Origin: Candidatus Thorarchaeota archaeon
GTDB taxonomy: Archaea > Asgardarchaeota > Thorarchaeia > Thorarchaeales > Thorarchaeaceae
Direction of reading: 5' to 3'
NCBI GenBank assembly: GCA_011364905.1
Contig: RDNZ01000005.1
Coordinates: forward strand, 1 to 64,000
DNA length: 64,000 nucleotides
Position 1 is the first letter of the stretch; every line of letters starts with the position of its first letter. A program made the position numbers and the translations under genes. Below are positions 48,231 to 58,647 of the stretch, in pieces. The notes beneath the pieces are model-generated. The model ran no database searches, had not been told where the DNA came from, and saw only the letters and a program-made list of their open reading frames with translations.

Positions 48231-49883
48231 TTACTTTTCACTAGTATAAGGCGTTGAGATGCTTTCCTCTTCAACCTTGGTCGGTTTGTGGCCAGACCGC
48301 CATTCATCGATTGTCTTTGAGAACTTCTTCTCAATCCTCGAACGGTGAATAGTGTTCATCGTGCAGAATGGGATAATACGTCCATCTGGGACAGAGTAGT
48401 TGATGTCACAATGCTGGACACGTTCAAGGTCGAAGTTGTAGGGGTCTTGGAAGTGCATCATCCCTAGCATGATGATACGTCTCATGAGTTTGGCAAGTGA
48501 GTCATAGTCTCCACGATTGAGGAATGCACCAAGAAGGTCTTTGATGATGCCTTTCTTCTTGATATGACGAACACCAGCTGCAAGTTTCGCTTTTGCACGT
48601 GTGCTCGCACCTCTTGCTTGGTCGGCAAATAGATTCGCAATTTCCTCAAGCAAGACTAGGAATTTGTCAACATCGATGATGTCTGTGATTGGTCTGTAAC
48701 TGCCATCATCATCAATGTAAATGAAAGTGGCCATTCCGCATGCAAAGTGAGAACTCAACTCAAGATCAGGACCGCCCTTGATCAGACCAAGAGCACGACC
48801 AACTGGCATCATTGAGGGCACAGGGTACCATTCGGTATGAGGTATCTTGCCGCCTGTTTGCTCCTCGATGAGGTGAATGGCATCAGGAATAGTGATTCTC
48901 ATCTCGTTACGTGCAGCATAATCAATCCGACCAGTAATGCTCACCGGTTGGAAGTTCACGCAACGCACAACGTCACGGTTCTCTACAGCAAACTCGACTA
49001 TTCCACCAAGCTGGCCATCATTTACGCCTCGTACAACAGTTGGAACCAAAACTAAAGATTCCATTCCAACCTCACGAGCGTTCTGGATAGCTTGCTTCTT
49101 TAAAGGCAGGAGATTTGTACCGCGGGCCGCAAGGTAGGGCTCAGGAGTAATCCCATCGAATTGCATGTATATAGTTGAGAGACCAGCATCACGAAGTTCC
49201 TGCAAGTATTCTTTGCTTTTGCCAATGCGTATCGCGTTGCTAGCTATCTGTACGTGACTGAAACCAAGCTGCTTTGCCCACTTGATATATTGGGGCAGAT
49301 TCTTACTGACAGTTGGTTCGCCTCCAGCAAATTGGATCGCAGGAGCTGGAACAGGTAAATTGCTACGGAGGTTCTTCATCATATCAAAGACCTCCTGAGG
49401 TTCTGGCTCATAGACAGTTCCACCCTCAGCAGCAACAGCGAAGCAAATAGGACATCGAAGGTTACAGCGATTAGTCACATCAAGAAGAGCAAGAGCTGTG
49501 TGAGACTTGTGTTCAGGGCATTGGCCACAATCTTCGGGGCAGCCTTTCACAGTTTCAGTTCGCGGATTGTCAAGACCAACTGACTTGTACCACCACTTTT
49601 GGGCTTTCTTGAACATTTCAACATCACCCCAGTAAACATCCACAAACTCTCCATGCTTCTCACAGGTCTTCTTGTACATGACCTTACCATCGTCTTCATA
49701 GAGGGTTGCATCGATCACATGGACTTCATCATCAGTCAAGAAGCATTCAGGACAAATCGATTGAGTCGTATATGGTAATTCTTTGACTGGGTACCGTTCA
49801 ACATGATACCTTGATATTGGCCCACCATCTTCATGTTTTACGGGTTCTTCTGGTATTTTTTTAATATCATTATCAGTAGCCAT
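48231..49883 (-). CDS. tes: Radical SAM tetraether lipid synthase (Tes/MJ0619 family)
   Basis: CPEC..CEKHG, GCPEDCGQC, CNLRCPIC, HFACG, MHFQD.YNFD.ERV..C, IPFC. Confidence 0.88.
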   Translation of the reverse strand: MATDNDIKKIPEEPVKHEDGGPISRYHVERYPVKELPYTTQSICPECFLTDDEVHVIDATLYEDDGKVMYKKTCEKHGEFVDVYWGDVEMFKKAQKWWYKSVGLDNPRTETVKGCPEDCGQCPEHKSHTALALLDVTNRCNLRCPICFAVAAEGGTVYEPEPQEVFDMMKNLRSNLPVPAPAIQFAGGEPTVSKNLPQYIKWAKQLGFSHVQIASNAIRIGKSKEYLQELRDAGLSTIYMQFDGITPEPYLAARGTNLLPLKKQAIQNAREVGMESLVLVPTVVRGVNDGQLGGIVEFAVENRDVVRCVNFQPVSITGRIDYAARNEMRITIPDAIHLIEEQTGGKIPHTEWYPVPSMMPVGRALGLIKGGPDLELSSHFACGMATFIYIDDDGSYRPITDIIDVDKFLVLLEEIANLFADQARGASTRAKAKLAAGVRHIKKKGIIKDLLGAFLNRGDYDSLAKLMRRIIMLGMMHFQDPYNFDLERVQHCDINYSVPDGRIIPFCTMNTIHRSRIEKKFSKTIDEWRSGHKPTKVEEESISTPYTSEK

Positions 49884-50000
49884 AATTATTCACTCCATGG
49901 CCAAATAAAACCACCACTGAACAGGGTGGTATTGTCTGATACGGTGCGCCAAGAATTTGAATATAAGTTTAATCCGAAGTTTCCGAATATGTAAAGTGAG

Positions 50001-50354
50001 CTACTCGTACCCTTCAGCTTCTTCAGATGAAAGAACATATCCCTTCGTGAATCCGCCTCGAGCAAGAAGTTTACTGTGTCGTTGGAGTTCAATGAGTGCT
50101 GTGTCTGCTTTTCTGAGTCTAAGTAGGGCATCGATAGCCTCTTGAATATCGACTAGTTCCTCAGTATCACCAGAGAAAAGAAACTCCTTTGCCTCTTCGA
50201 CAATCTTCTCGCGAAGCAGCACTTCAAGCTCATCAGGTCCGGCAACGCGAACCCTGGGATTTCCTCCATTTTCACGAATAATGTCTGGAATCTTATCTCG
50301 TACTAGTTTTTCTGCCAAGAGAATCACCCATTTCTTATCTGATTGCAAGCGCAA
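50001..50354 (-). CDS. MazG-like / PRA-PH nucleoside triphosphate pyrophosphohydrolase
   Basis: KLVRDKIP, EE..E, EELVDI.E, RGGF; true start probably TTG near 50318. Confidence 0.82.
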   Translation of the reverse strand: MRLQSDKKWVILLAEKLVRDKIPDIIRENGGNPRVRVAGPDELEVLLREKIVEEAKEFLFSGDTEELVDIQEAIDALLRLRKADTALIELQRHSKLLARGGFTKGYVLSSEEAEGYE

Positions 50355-51009
50355 CTTCTACTTGATATTTCGCAGCATCCAAGAATGCATCTGCAGCAAG
50401 TCTGACTGAATTGGGAAGTTCTGAGGTCCAAGGAGACTCAGCATCTCGTGGTGTAGATTCAGTCATAGCTGAGAATGCCAGATACTCGACATTCATTGCA
50501 TCATCAAAGGAAATCGTTCCCACCCATTGACCCTCTCCATCCACAACCTCGTACGTCGGGAGGAACTTCTTCATTCCTTCAGGAACAATGGCATTCCAAT
50601 AGATCGACATGTCATTGAATTGCTCTGGGTCTCCGAGACCTATGGTGTACGTGTCCATTGTCGCAGTTGCTGTCACTAGCTTATAGAGAATACCTATGTG
50701 ACAATTCAGACACTGATTGAACTCAAGACCATCGCCGCTGGGTTCGACATATGCAATTCCATTTTTCTCAATATTATCGTCATTGCAGTGAACACAGAGA
50801 TTCATGCCCCATCTCACTTCAAGGTGGTCGCTAAATGGCCCCTTGAGAAAACGGTCTTCAGCTCCTTCAAAAGCGCTTCTTACTGCTTCTTTCCCTTCGC
50901 CGTCCATTTTGGTCCGGATGGCTTTCCAGACTTGAAGACCATCTTGCCAAAGAATGTTGAAAATCATATCTGCAAGCTTGTCAAGAGACCTTTCTTCTAA
51001 TGCGCTCAT
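50335..51009 (-). CDS. Hypothetical protein with CxxC...CxxC
   Basis: 224 aa ORF with CVHC and CLNC. Confidence 0.6.
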   Translation of the reverse strand: MSALEERSLDKLADMIFNILWQDGLQVWKAIRTKMDGEGKEAVRSAFEGAEDRFLKGPFSDHLEVRWGMNLCVHCNDDNIEKNGIAYVEPSGDGLEFNQCLNCHIGILYKLVTATATMDTYTIGLGDPEQFNDMSIYWNAIVPEGMKKFLPTYEVVDGEGQWVGTISFDDAMNVEYLAFSAMTESTPRDAESPWTSELPNSVRLAADAFLDAAKYQVEVALAIR

Positions 51010-51313
51010 AGCATCACGTCAATAGAATAAGGACTAGACATTTCAATTAAACATTGGTTGGACCTCCTGAAGGTCAACTATTGCTAGCCTAAGATTTTTA
51101 ACTAAGTCAGAATGAGATTCCAGAGGACGAATAGGTGAGAAAAGGATGGATTGCCAAATTCACTAACTCATATGAAAGTGAATGTAGTCCGTTCTCTGAT
51201 TGCATGCTTGTTCGATCTTTTATGGTGTATTCAGAGCAATATGTTAGACAACCATACTCCATATCGAGCTGCCATACTGCATTTGCAAGTTACAGATATT
51301 ATCTATTCCGACG

Positions 51314-54300
51314 TTGGTGATGGAAGTGTTCAAGCCAGTACCCAGTCAAGTTGATTTTGTTGCCCAAGAAAAAGAAATGCTCAAGCTGTGGAGTGATTCG
51401 CAGATTTTTGAGAAACTAAAGAGTCTCAGAGCAAATGGGCCAATCTGGTCATTCCTTGATGGCCCCATCACAGCCAACAATCCCATGGGAATCCATCATG
51501 GATGGGGACGCACCTACAAAGATCTATACCATCGTTTCAAAGGTATGCAAGGATACCACACCCGATATCAAAATGGATTTGACTGCCAAGGGCTTTGGGT
51601 GGAGGTCAATGTGGAACGGGACTTGGGATTCAAGGGCAAGCAGGACATAGAAGCATTCGGATTGGAGAAGTTTATCATTCTATGCAAGCAGCGTGTTTTG
51701 AAATACGCTGCAATCCAAATGGAGCAGAGTGTACGTTTAGGCTATTGGATGAACTGGGACAATCCAGAAACTCTTCAAAAATTGCACGATGCTCTTGGTA
51801 AAAACCCGTTAGCAGAAATGACAATCGAAGGCGTGAAAGGTCCGGTCACTGGTACAGTTGAACAACTTGTTGGAAAGCTTGGGACACCTGAGGTGGGAGG
51901 ATCGTATTTCACATTCTCTGAAGAGAACAACTATACGATTTGGTCTATGCTAAAATCCTGTCATGATAGAGGGTGGATATACAAAGGCCGGGACGTAATG
52001 CCATGGTGCGCTCGATGCGGAACGGGAATTAGTCAACATGAGATAGTAACCGAGGGCTATCGTGAGTTGACGCATCCTAGCATCACATTGAGATTTCCAT
52101 TGGTAGATCGACCTGGAGAAAGTCTTCTTGTATGGACCACGACGCCATGGACCCTGAGCAGCAACGTTGCAGCAGCTGTTGGTCCAGACTTAACATATGC
52201 AAAGGTGCGTCAGGGAGAGGAAATTCTGTACCTCAGTAACAAGACTTTACACATGCTGAAAGGAGATTTCCAAGTTGAGGAGGAACTCCTAGGTCTCGAT
52301 ATGGAGGGGTGGGTATATCATGGCCCTTTCGATGAGCTTCCGGCTCAGAAAGAGCATGACGTTGCAGGAAAGCACCGAGTGGTTGCTTGGGATGAGGTAG
52401 GTGAGGAGGAGGGTACAGGGATTGTACATATTGCACCAGGTTGTGGTGCAGAAGACTTCGAACTCTCAAAGGAGCTTAATCTTGCTGTAATTGCGCCACT
52501 TACGGAGAATGGAATTTTCCTGGATGGATTTGACTGGCTGACTGGGATGAATGTGAAGGAAGTTGCTCAGCCAATATTCGATAACCTCCGCAAGAAGGGT
52601 CTGGTGTACAGGATAGAGGACTATACTCACCGATATCCTGTGTGTTGGAGATGCCAAGAAGAGCTGGTCTTTCGGCTTGTAGATGAGTGGTTCATTTCCA
52701 TGGGTGCGAAACTAGACATTCCGTATGAAGATGTCATGGAAGAACAGAAAGAACATAATCTTCGCTACCAAATCATGGAGGTGGTTACCAGCGATACCAA
52801 TTGGTATCCTTCCTTTGGAAAAGATAGAGAGCTAGATTGGCTTCGAAACATGGATGATTGGATGATCTCCAAGAAACGCTATTGGGGACTCGCGTTGCCA
52901 ATCTGGGAGTGTTCGCACTGCGGCCACTTCGAAGTGATAGGCAGTAGAGATGAACTCAAGAAGCGAGCTGTTGCTGGATGGGATGCTTTCGAGGGGCATT
53001 CACCACACCGACCGTTCATAGATGAGATTGAGATAGAGTGCACTGAATGTAAAAAGAGAATGAAGCGAATACCTGACGTTGGAAACCCATGGCTGGATGC
53101 AGGTATTGTTGCCATGAGTACAATGAGGTACAATTCAGATAGAGAGTATTGGAACAAATGGTTCCCAGCAGATCTCATTAGCGAGAGCTTTCCGGGGCAA
53201 TTTCGAAACTGGTTCTATAGTTTACTCGCAATGAGCACAATCCTTGAGCGTCGAGCACCATTCAGGGATGTCTTCACCTATGCCACACTGAATGCTGAAG
53301 ATGGAAGGCCGATGCACAAATCCTGGGGCAACATGGTGGAGTTTGATGATGCAGCCGATTCGATGGGAGTTGATGTAATGCGCTTAATCTATTGCGCTCA
53401 TCGACCTGAGAAGGACCTTGCCTTTGGATACCACCGTGCTGATGAGGTGAGGCGACAGTTCCTGATTCCGCTATGGAATGTCTACTCATTCTTTGTCACA
53501 TATGCTTTGATAGATGGATGGGTTCCGCATAAGGAGAGGAGACTGACTCTAAGCCTATTGGACCGATGGATACTCTCAAGAATGAATGAGTTCACTCGCG
53601 AGGTTACAGATTCTTTGAATGCATATGAGCCGGATACAGCGACAGCGGCCATCGCTCGTTTCATAGATCATCTTAGTAATTGGTATCTCCGGCGAAGCCG
53701 AAGGCGATTCTGGGCTGAATCAGGAGCAAGTGACGATGTTGATGCAGATAAGAATGCAGCATATGATACGTTGTATCGTGTGCTCATCACTCTATCTCGA
53801 CTACTTGCCCCATTCGCACCGTTCGTATCAGAAGCTATGCATCAGAACCTAACACAGGGAGTTGAAACAGACACACCTGAAAGCGTTCATCTTTGTGATT
53901 GGCCTCAGAGCGAGTCCATCGATACAAAACTCAACTCAGAAATGGAGTTCATCTTACGTCTGGTTTCACTTGGACATGCAGCAAGAAACCAAGCGAATTG
54001 TAAACTTCGCCAACCATTGTCAGAGATCGCATTTGCTGTTACTTCTGATATGGAACAAGAAGTAGTTATGCGCTATAAAGATGTGATAGCAGATGAACTG
54101 AATGTAAAAGAAGTCCGGCTGCTAGATGTTACTGCTGAGGTGATAAGTTATCAGCTCAAGCCACTGCCAAAGCAGCTAGGTCAGAAATATGGCTCGCGTT
54201 TCCCTGAACTCAGAAAAGCCATATTGCAGCTAGACACACGAGATGCTTCAACCCAGTTTCTGAATGGCAATTCAGTTGATGTGACCTTAAATGGAGAGAA

Positions 54301-54682
54301 ATTCAGTATTCTGCCCGAAGAGGTCGAAGTAATCGTACAAGCCAAAAAGGGCTTTTCAACTGCGTCAGAAGGACCCTACCTTGCAGCCTTAACAACACAA
54401 GTGACGCATGAACTGAAACTTGAAGGCCTTGCTCGAGAGTTCGTCAGACGTGTTCAGAATTTGCGCAAGTCGGCGGACCTCAACGTCAATGACCAGATAG
54501 AAATCCAGTACTCTTCAAGCAAGATTATGGCTGAAGCAGTAGAGAATCATCAAGTGTATATCTCAGAGGAAACGCTGGCTGAAAACTTGAAACAAGTGCA
54601 AAAGCCTGCAGGCAAATTTCACGAGGAATATACATTCGCGGACGAAAAGCTGGTGTTAGCGATTACTCGTATTAAGAGCTAA
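51314..54682 (+). CDS. ileS: Isoleucyl-tRNA synthetase, IleRS2 type
   Basis: DGPITAN, HHGWGR, WTTTPWTL, GTGIVH, DWMISKKRYWG, MHKS, C-terminal EGLARE..RRVQ..RK. Confidence 0.95.
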   Translation: MVMEVFKPVPSQVDFVAQEKEMLKLWSDSQIFEKLKSLRANGPIWSFLDGPITANNPMGIHHGWGRTYKDLYHRFKGMQGYHTRYQNGFDCQGLWVEVNVERDLGFKGKQDIEAFGLEKFIILCKQRVLKYAAIQMEQSVRLGYWMNWDNPETLQKLHDALGKNPLAEMTIEGVKGPVTGTVEQLVGKLGTPEVGGSYFTFSEENNYTIWSMLKSCHDRGWIYKGRDVMPWCARCGTGISQHEIVTEGYRELTHPSITLRFPLVDRPGESLLVWTTTPWTLSSNVAAAVGPDLTYAKVRQGEEILYLSNKTLHMLKGDFQVEEELLGLDMEGWVYHGPFDELPAQKEHDVAGKHRVVAWDEVGEEEGTGIVHIAPGCGAEDFELSKELNLAVIAPLTENGIFLDGFDWLTGMNVKEVAQPIFDNLRKKGLVYRIEDYTHRYPVCWRCQEELVFRLVDEWFISMGAKLDIPYEDVMEEQKEHNLRYQIMEVVTSDTNWYPSFGKDRELDWLRNMDDWMISKKRYWGLALPIWECSHCGHFEVIGSRDELKKRAVAGWDAFEGHSPHRPFIDEIEIECTECKKRMKRIPDVGNPWLDAGIVAMSTMRYNSDREYWNKWFPADLISESFPGQFRNWFYSLLAMSTILERRAPFRDVFTYATLNAEDGRPMHKSWGNMVEFDDAADSMGVDVMRLIYCAHRPEKDLAFGYHRADEVRRQFLIPLWNVYSFFVTYALIDGWVPHKERRLTLSLLDRWILSRMNEFTREVTDSLNAYEPDTATAAIARFIDHLSNWYLRRSRRRFWAESGASDDVDADKNAAYDTLYRVLITLSRLLAPFAPFVSEAMHQNLTQGVETDTPESVHLCDWPQSESIDTKLNSEMEFILRLVSLGHAARNQANCKLRQPLSEIAFAVTSDMEQEVVMRYKDVIADELNVKEVRLLDVTAEVISYQLKPLPKQLGQKYGSRFPELRKAILQLDTRDASTQFLNGNSVDVTLNGEKFSILPEEVEVIVQAKKGFSTASEGPYLAALTTQVTHELKLEGLAREFVRRVQNLRKSADLNVNDQIEIQYSSSKIMAEAVENHQVYISEETLAENLKQVQKPAGKFHEEYTFADEKLVLAITRIKS

Positions 54683-54715
54683 GTCCGACACTAGAATTGC
54701 ATCTATCTAGAGGGA

Positions 54716-56044
54716 TCAGAGAGAACCGGATTTCCGTATGAGCACATCGATTAAGGTGTGATAGACTTCAGAAGTTGTTCGTAAGGACTCTATTGAAACC
54801 CATTCATTCACTCCATGAACGTTGTCGCCTATCGGACCAAAGTCGAAGAGGTCAGCGCCTTCGCCAGCAAAAAACCGAGAATCAGAAGCTCCAAACCCCT
54901 CAATGACTCTATATGGTATCCCCTCTTTCTCAAGAGCCCATCGCGCAGCTTTGATGAGCTGTGAATCAGGGTCGCAGTCCACGTAGCCTATACCTGGATG
55001 AACTTGAAGTGAGAACAGGTTTACTCGGTCCTTCAAGGCGTTTTCCATAGCCAACTTGATAGATTCATCGTCATTCGTCATTGAACGAATATCAATGTAC
55101 AGAGTCCAAAGGTCACCTTCCTTTGACAGGATGTTGGGACAAATGTTGGTCCCCATATCTGAAGGGTGCGTCGGAAATGCAATACGAGTAATTGGAAGCA
55201 AGGACCGCATCAGATTGGTCAGAGCTGAGTCATAGGTATAGTCTGAACCTGTTTCACTTGGATGAATAACCTCCATCTCAATCCAATCTGGTACAACATT
55301 ACCCTTGAGAAATGCACCTTTGACTGATTCTACCACGGCTTGAGGATTGAGATCAAGATACTTCGATGCGGCAATCATCGCGTGCCTATCTACGCCAAAT
55401 CGCAAGTAAGCACTATGTCGAGTGTTCGTACCATAGGTTTCAGTCTCCACTCGTATTGTTTCTTTAGTTCCTCGAATCTTCTGTTTCTCTTCTTTGACTT
55501 TAATGAATGTAGGAAGGATGTTGCGTCGGCGATGAATGATATTCTGCCCAGATCCATCTGCGACAACAACATGGTCCGGGAAGAGACCCTGCTTTATTAG
55601 ATACTCCTTCAAGAAACCTGCTCCTTGACGACCCCCTAGCTCTTCATCCCCAGATACGGCAATCATAACTGTACAAGGAAAATCGGATTCCGCAATCTTT
55701 TCAGCGAGGAGCAGAAGCGAAACAACATTCCCCTTATCATCACATGTTCCTCTTCCGTAAGCTCTGTCACCTTCGATTCTAAGCTTCAACGGATCCGAGT
55801 CCCAACCATCACCAAATGGGACAACATCAAAGTGAGCAAGGAAGAGGATTTTGAATGAACCATGACCTCTTCGAGCAAACACTGTGAAGTATCCATTGGA
55901 CTCTAGGATTTCAGAGTGAAAACCATAATTCTGAAGTACGCCACTAATGAATTCTGGGCACTCTTTTTCTGGCTTTGTGTTTCCATCATTTCTTGTGTCG
56001 AACGAAATCAGAGTTTCTAGAAGGTCGGTGGGGTCTAGTTTCAT
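54716..56044 (-). CDS. M20-family metallopeptidase/deacylase (ArgE/DapE-like)
   Basis: AHFDVVP, GRGTCDDKG, DEE, SD.RFF, HGVNE. Confidence 0.9.
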   Translation of the reverse strand: MKLDPTDLLETLISFDTRNDGNTKPEKECPEFISGVLQNYGFHSEILESNGYFTVFARRGHGSFKILFLAHFDVVPFGDGWDSDPLKLRIEGDRAYGRGTCDDKGNVVSLLLLAEKIAESDFPCTVMIAVSGDEELGGRQGAGFLKEYLIKQGLFPDHVVVADGSGQNIIHRRRNILPTFIKVKEEKQKIRGTKETIRVETETYGTNTRHSAYLRFGVDRHAMIAASKYLDLNPQAVVESVKGAFLKGNVVPDWIEMEVIHPSETGSDYTYDSALTNLMRSLLPITRIAFPTHPSDMGTNICPNILSKEGDLWTLYIDIRSMTNDDESIKLAMENALKDRVNLFSLQVHPGIGYVDCDPDSQLIKAARWALEKEGIPYRVIEGFGASDSRFFAGEGADLFDFGPIGDNVHGVNEWVSIESLRTTSEVYHTLIDVLIRKSGSL

Positions 56045-56105
56045 CTCAATCAGTTGTAGACGTGCTTAAACGAGTCAAAAGTCTATCCTCTGGGGAAGCC
56101 GTTCT

Positions 56106-56145
56106 AAAAAAAGTAGGGTCGAGGAGCAATCAATGGACTGCTCCT
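56106..56145 (-). terminator. Hairpin plus T-tract terminator of EF-2 gene
   Basis: Minus strand AGGAGCAGTC-CATT-GATTGCTCCT, then TTTTTTT. Confidence 0.7.
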
Positions 56146-56159
56146 GTCTTCAAACTGGA

Positions 56160-58373
56160 TTAAGTTCGTTTGTACATCCATCGACTCCAAGAACTCAGGC
56201 TTGGCATTTCCTCAGGCATACCTTTTCGAGCTCTAATCTCTAGGATGATCTCTTCCTGCATGTTGCTAGGTAGCGGTTCGAATCCTCTGAACTCATAGCC
56301 AAAGAAGCTCCGACCCGCGGTTGCACTCCTGAATTCATCTGCAATCCCTATGGTTTCTGCAGTCGGGAGTGTACCCTTCACAGTGACTGTGTCTTCTTCA
56401 CCTTCGATTGTCACGATTTGACCGCGATGTCCTGTCAGGACCTTGATAACCTGTCCCTGTGTATCGGTTGGAGTTTTGATATCAGTGTTCAGAACGGGTT
56501 CAAATAGTCCAGGTTTCCCTGTTAGAAAACTCATGTTAAGTGCAGCACTCACCATTGTGGCGACCTCGTTGTAACCAGTGTGAGCAGGGTCGGTATGGAC
56601 CGTTGCATCAGTGAGCACTACTCTAACACCCATCACAGGCTCTTTTGCGATTGGACCGCCTTCAATAAACTCTCTGAATGTAGTCTGAAGATATGAGAAT
56701 ATTCGCTCAAATCTCTGGACACCGCTCATAGCATCGACAAGTATGGAGGACTCGTAGATATCAAGGATCTTTCTGGCTTCCTTCGCATCCCATCCAGCCT
56801 CGTCTCGGAGAATAGCTGCACGCTCACGGTCCGGCATTTCAGCTGTAATCCTCTTCTTTCTGATGAGCTCCACAGTCTTTTCGTCAAGCGGTTCAAGATA
56901 CATTCGAATCCTGTTGTGTCCATTGGGAGACTTGGTGTGAAACTCGTCGCCCTTATCAGTCATCTTTTCTCTGTACACAATGATTGGCTCAGATACCTTG
57001 ATCTTGACTTGCTCGTTGATTCTCTTTGTCAGAATCTCAATCTGAAGTGGGTCAATACCATCAAGTCGGTACTCACCGGACTCCTTGTCGTGAACGAACC
57101 GTGCAGTGGGGTCAGCCATGATCCACTTTGAAACGACCTCACCGAGCTTAGCGATTTCTTGTGGATCGACTGGTTTAATGCTTCTACTAACAACAGGTTC
57201 ACTGACATATTCAATGGCCTCAAAGCCCTTCATATTGGAACCCGGCATAACGAATGACTCACCACTTGGACACATGAACCCAAAGACAGAGAAGAGGTTA
57301 CCAGCAGGCACTTCATCCATGTCAAGAATGTCGGTGATCTCTTGGACACCCAAACGTTTCACCTTTGCATTCTGTTTCATGTTGACTAGTTGAATCTCCT
57401 GTCCAGACTTGATTGTGCCTGAGAAAACCCGTCCAATGAGTGTAGGTCTCTTGCTTTTGGGATCAATGAAAATCTTGGTAATCATTCCGAGCAGAGGTCC
57501 ATTCGGATCACATTGTACAAGCGCCTTACCCTCCGGACTGTCAAGTTCTCCAGACCAGATTCGAGGTATCTTGTACTTTTGAGCCTCTTTTGGACTGGGC
57601 AAGTGTTTTACAATCATCTCGAGGAGTGCATCATCGAGCGGTAGATTCTCTCGTAGCCAGCGCTCGTCACCCTCGTTGTATTTCTCGAAGACAATGAGAG
57701 GTTTGATATCCTTCTTCTCTAGGGTCTTCATAGTGAAAGCCCAACCAGTCTTCGCGCTTCCGATTGCAACACTTCCCTCTTGGAAACTCACTCTCCAGTT
57801 TAGGGCATACTCCTTTGGAGCGACCTTCTTGATGAGTTCGTTCACCTTTGCGATGATGATGTCAATACGCTCATAGACCTTAGCTGGTGGGAGCTTCAAC
57901 TCGTTGATGAGTCGGTCCACTTTGTTGATGAACAGGACTGGCTTGCATGCTTCGCCGCCCACAGCAAGACGTATGTTAGTTTCCGTCTGAGTCATCACTC
58001 CCTCTAGAGCATCGACAAGAATGACCGCGCCATCGCTGGCACGCAGTGCTCGGGAAACCTCTCCAGTGAATGAGAGGTGTCCAGGAGTGTCAGACAGCTG
58101 AACGAGATACTCCTCGCCGTCGACCTCGAAGTTCAACAGCACGACTGAAGTGAATATAGTGATACCGCGCTCCTGTTCCTCTTCGTCACTGTCTGTCATC
58201 AGTGCCTGTCCAGCAGCGGCATCACTCATCAGACCAGCGCGACGCATCAGATAGTCAGTTGTTGTGGTCTTTCCATGATCGATGTGAGCGCTAATGGAGA
58301 TGATTCTCTTGTGCTCGAAATCGTTTGAAAGGATGAGCCTTTTGATTGCATCTGGCTCTTTGATTTTAACCAT
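56160..58373 (-). CDS. fusA: Elongation factor EF-2 family GTPase with HTG in place of HRG
   Basis: AHIDHGKTT, RGITI, DTPGH, NKVD, KSPNGHN, DATVHTDPAHTG, RSATAG, IRARKG. Confidence 0.85.
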   Translation of the reverse strand: MVKIKEPDAIKRLILSNDFEHKRIISISAHIDHGKTTTTDYLMRRAGLMSDAAAGQALMTDSDEEEQERGITIFTSVVLLNFEVDGEEYLVQLSDTPGHLSFTGEVSRALRASDGAVILVDALEGVMTQTETNIRLAVGGEACKPVLFINKVDRLINELKLPPAKVYERIDIIIAKVNELIKKVAPKEYALNWRVSFQEGSVAIGSAKTGWAFTMKTLEKKDIKPLIVFEKYNEGDERWLRENLPLDDALLEMIVKHLPSPKEAQKYKIPRIWSGELDSPEGKALVQCDPNGPLLGMITKIFIDPKSKRPTLIGRVFSGTIKSGQEIQLVNMKQNAKVKRLGVQEITDILDMDEVPAGNLFSVFGFMCPSGESFVMPGSNMKGFEAIEYVSEPVVSRSIKPVDPQEIAKLGEVVSKWIMADPTARFVHDKESGEYRLDGIDPLQIEILTKRINEQVKIKVSEPIIVYREKMTDKGDEFHTKSPNGHNRIRMYLEPLDEKTVELIRKKRITAEMPDRERAAILRDEAGWDAKEARKILDIYESSILVDAMSGVQRFERIFSYLQTTFREFIEGGPIAKEPVMGVRVVLTDATVHTDPAHTGYNEVATMVSAALNMSFLTGKPGLFEPVLNTDIKTPTDTQGQVIKVLTGHRGQIVTIEGEEDTVTVKGTLPTAETIGIADEFRSATAGRSFFGYEFRGFEPLPSNMQEEIILEIRARKGMPEEMPSLSSWSRWMYKRT

Positions 58374-58647
58374 CAGGGTGTCTCCTTGCTACTTACTTTG
58401 TGTCCCCTCGTGATATTGTACGATAGCATGTCCCCAACTGTCCATTATCACACGAGAGAACTCGTTGGGAGCACCAGCAATCTCACTGGTGGCTTGCGCG
58501 ACCTCGCGAGCAGATGATTAAAAGTATTTCTACAGGGGAATTCCAAATTGCTGAAGAATTGAAGACGACTCCTTCGGTTATGAAACTTCAGCTTGACAAA
58601 TGCGTTTCAAACGTCGAGTTAGACGACTCAATGCTCAAATATCAATT

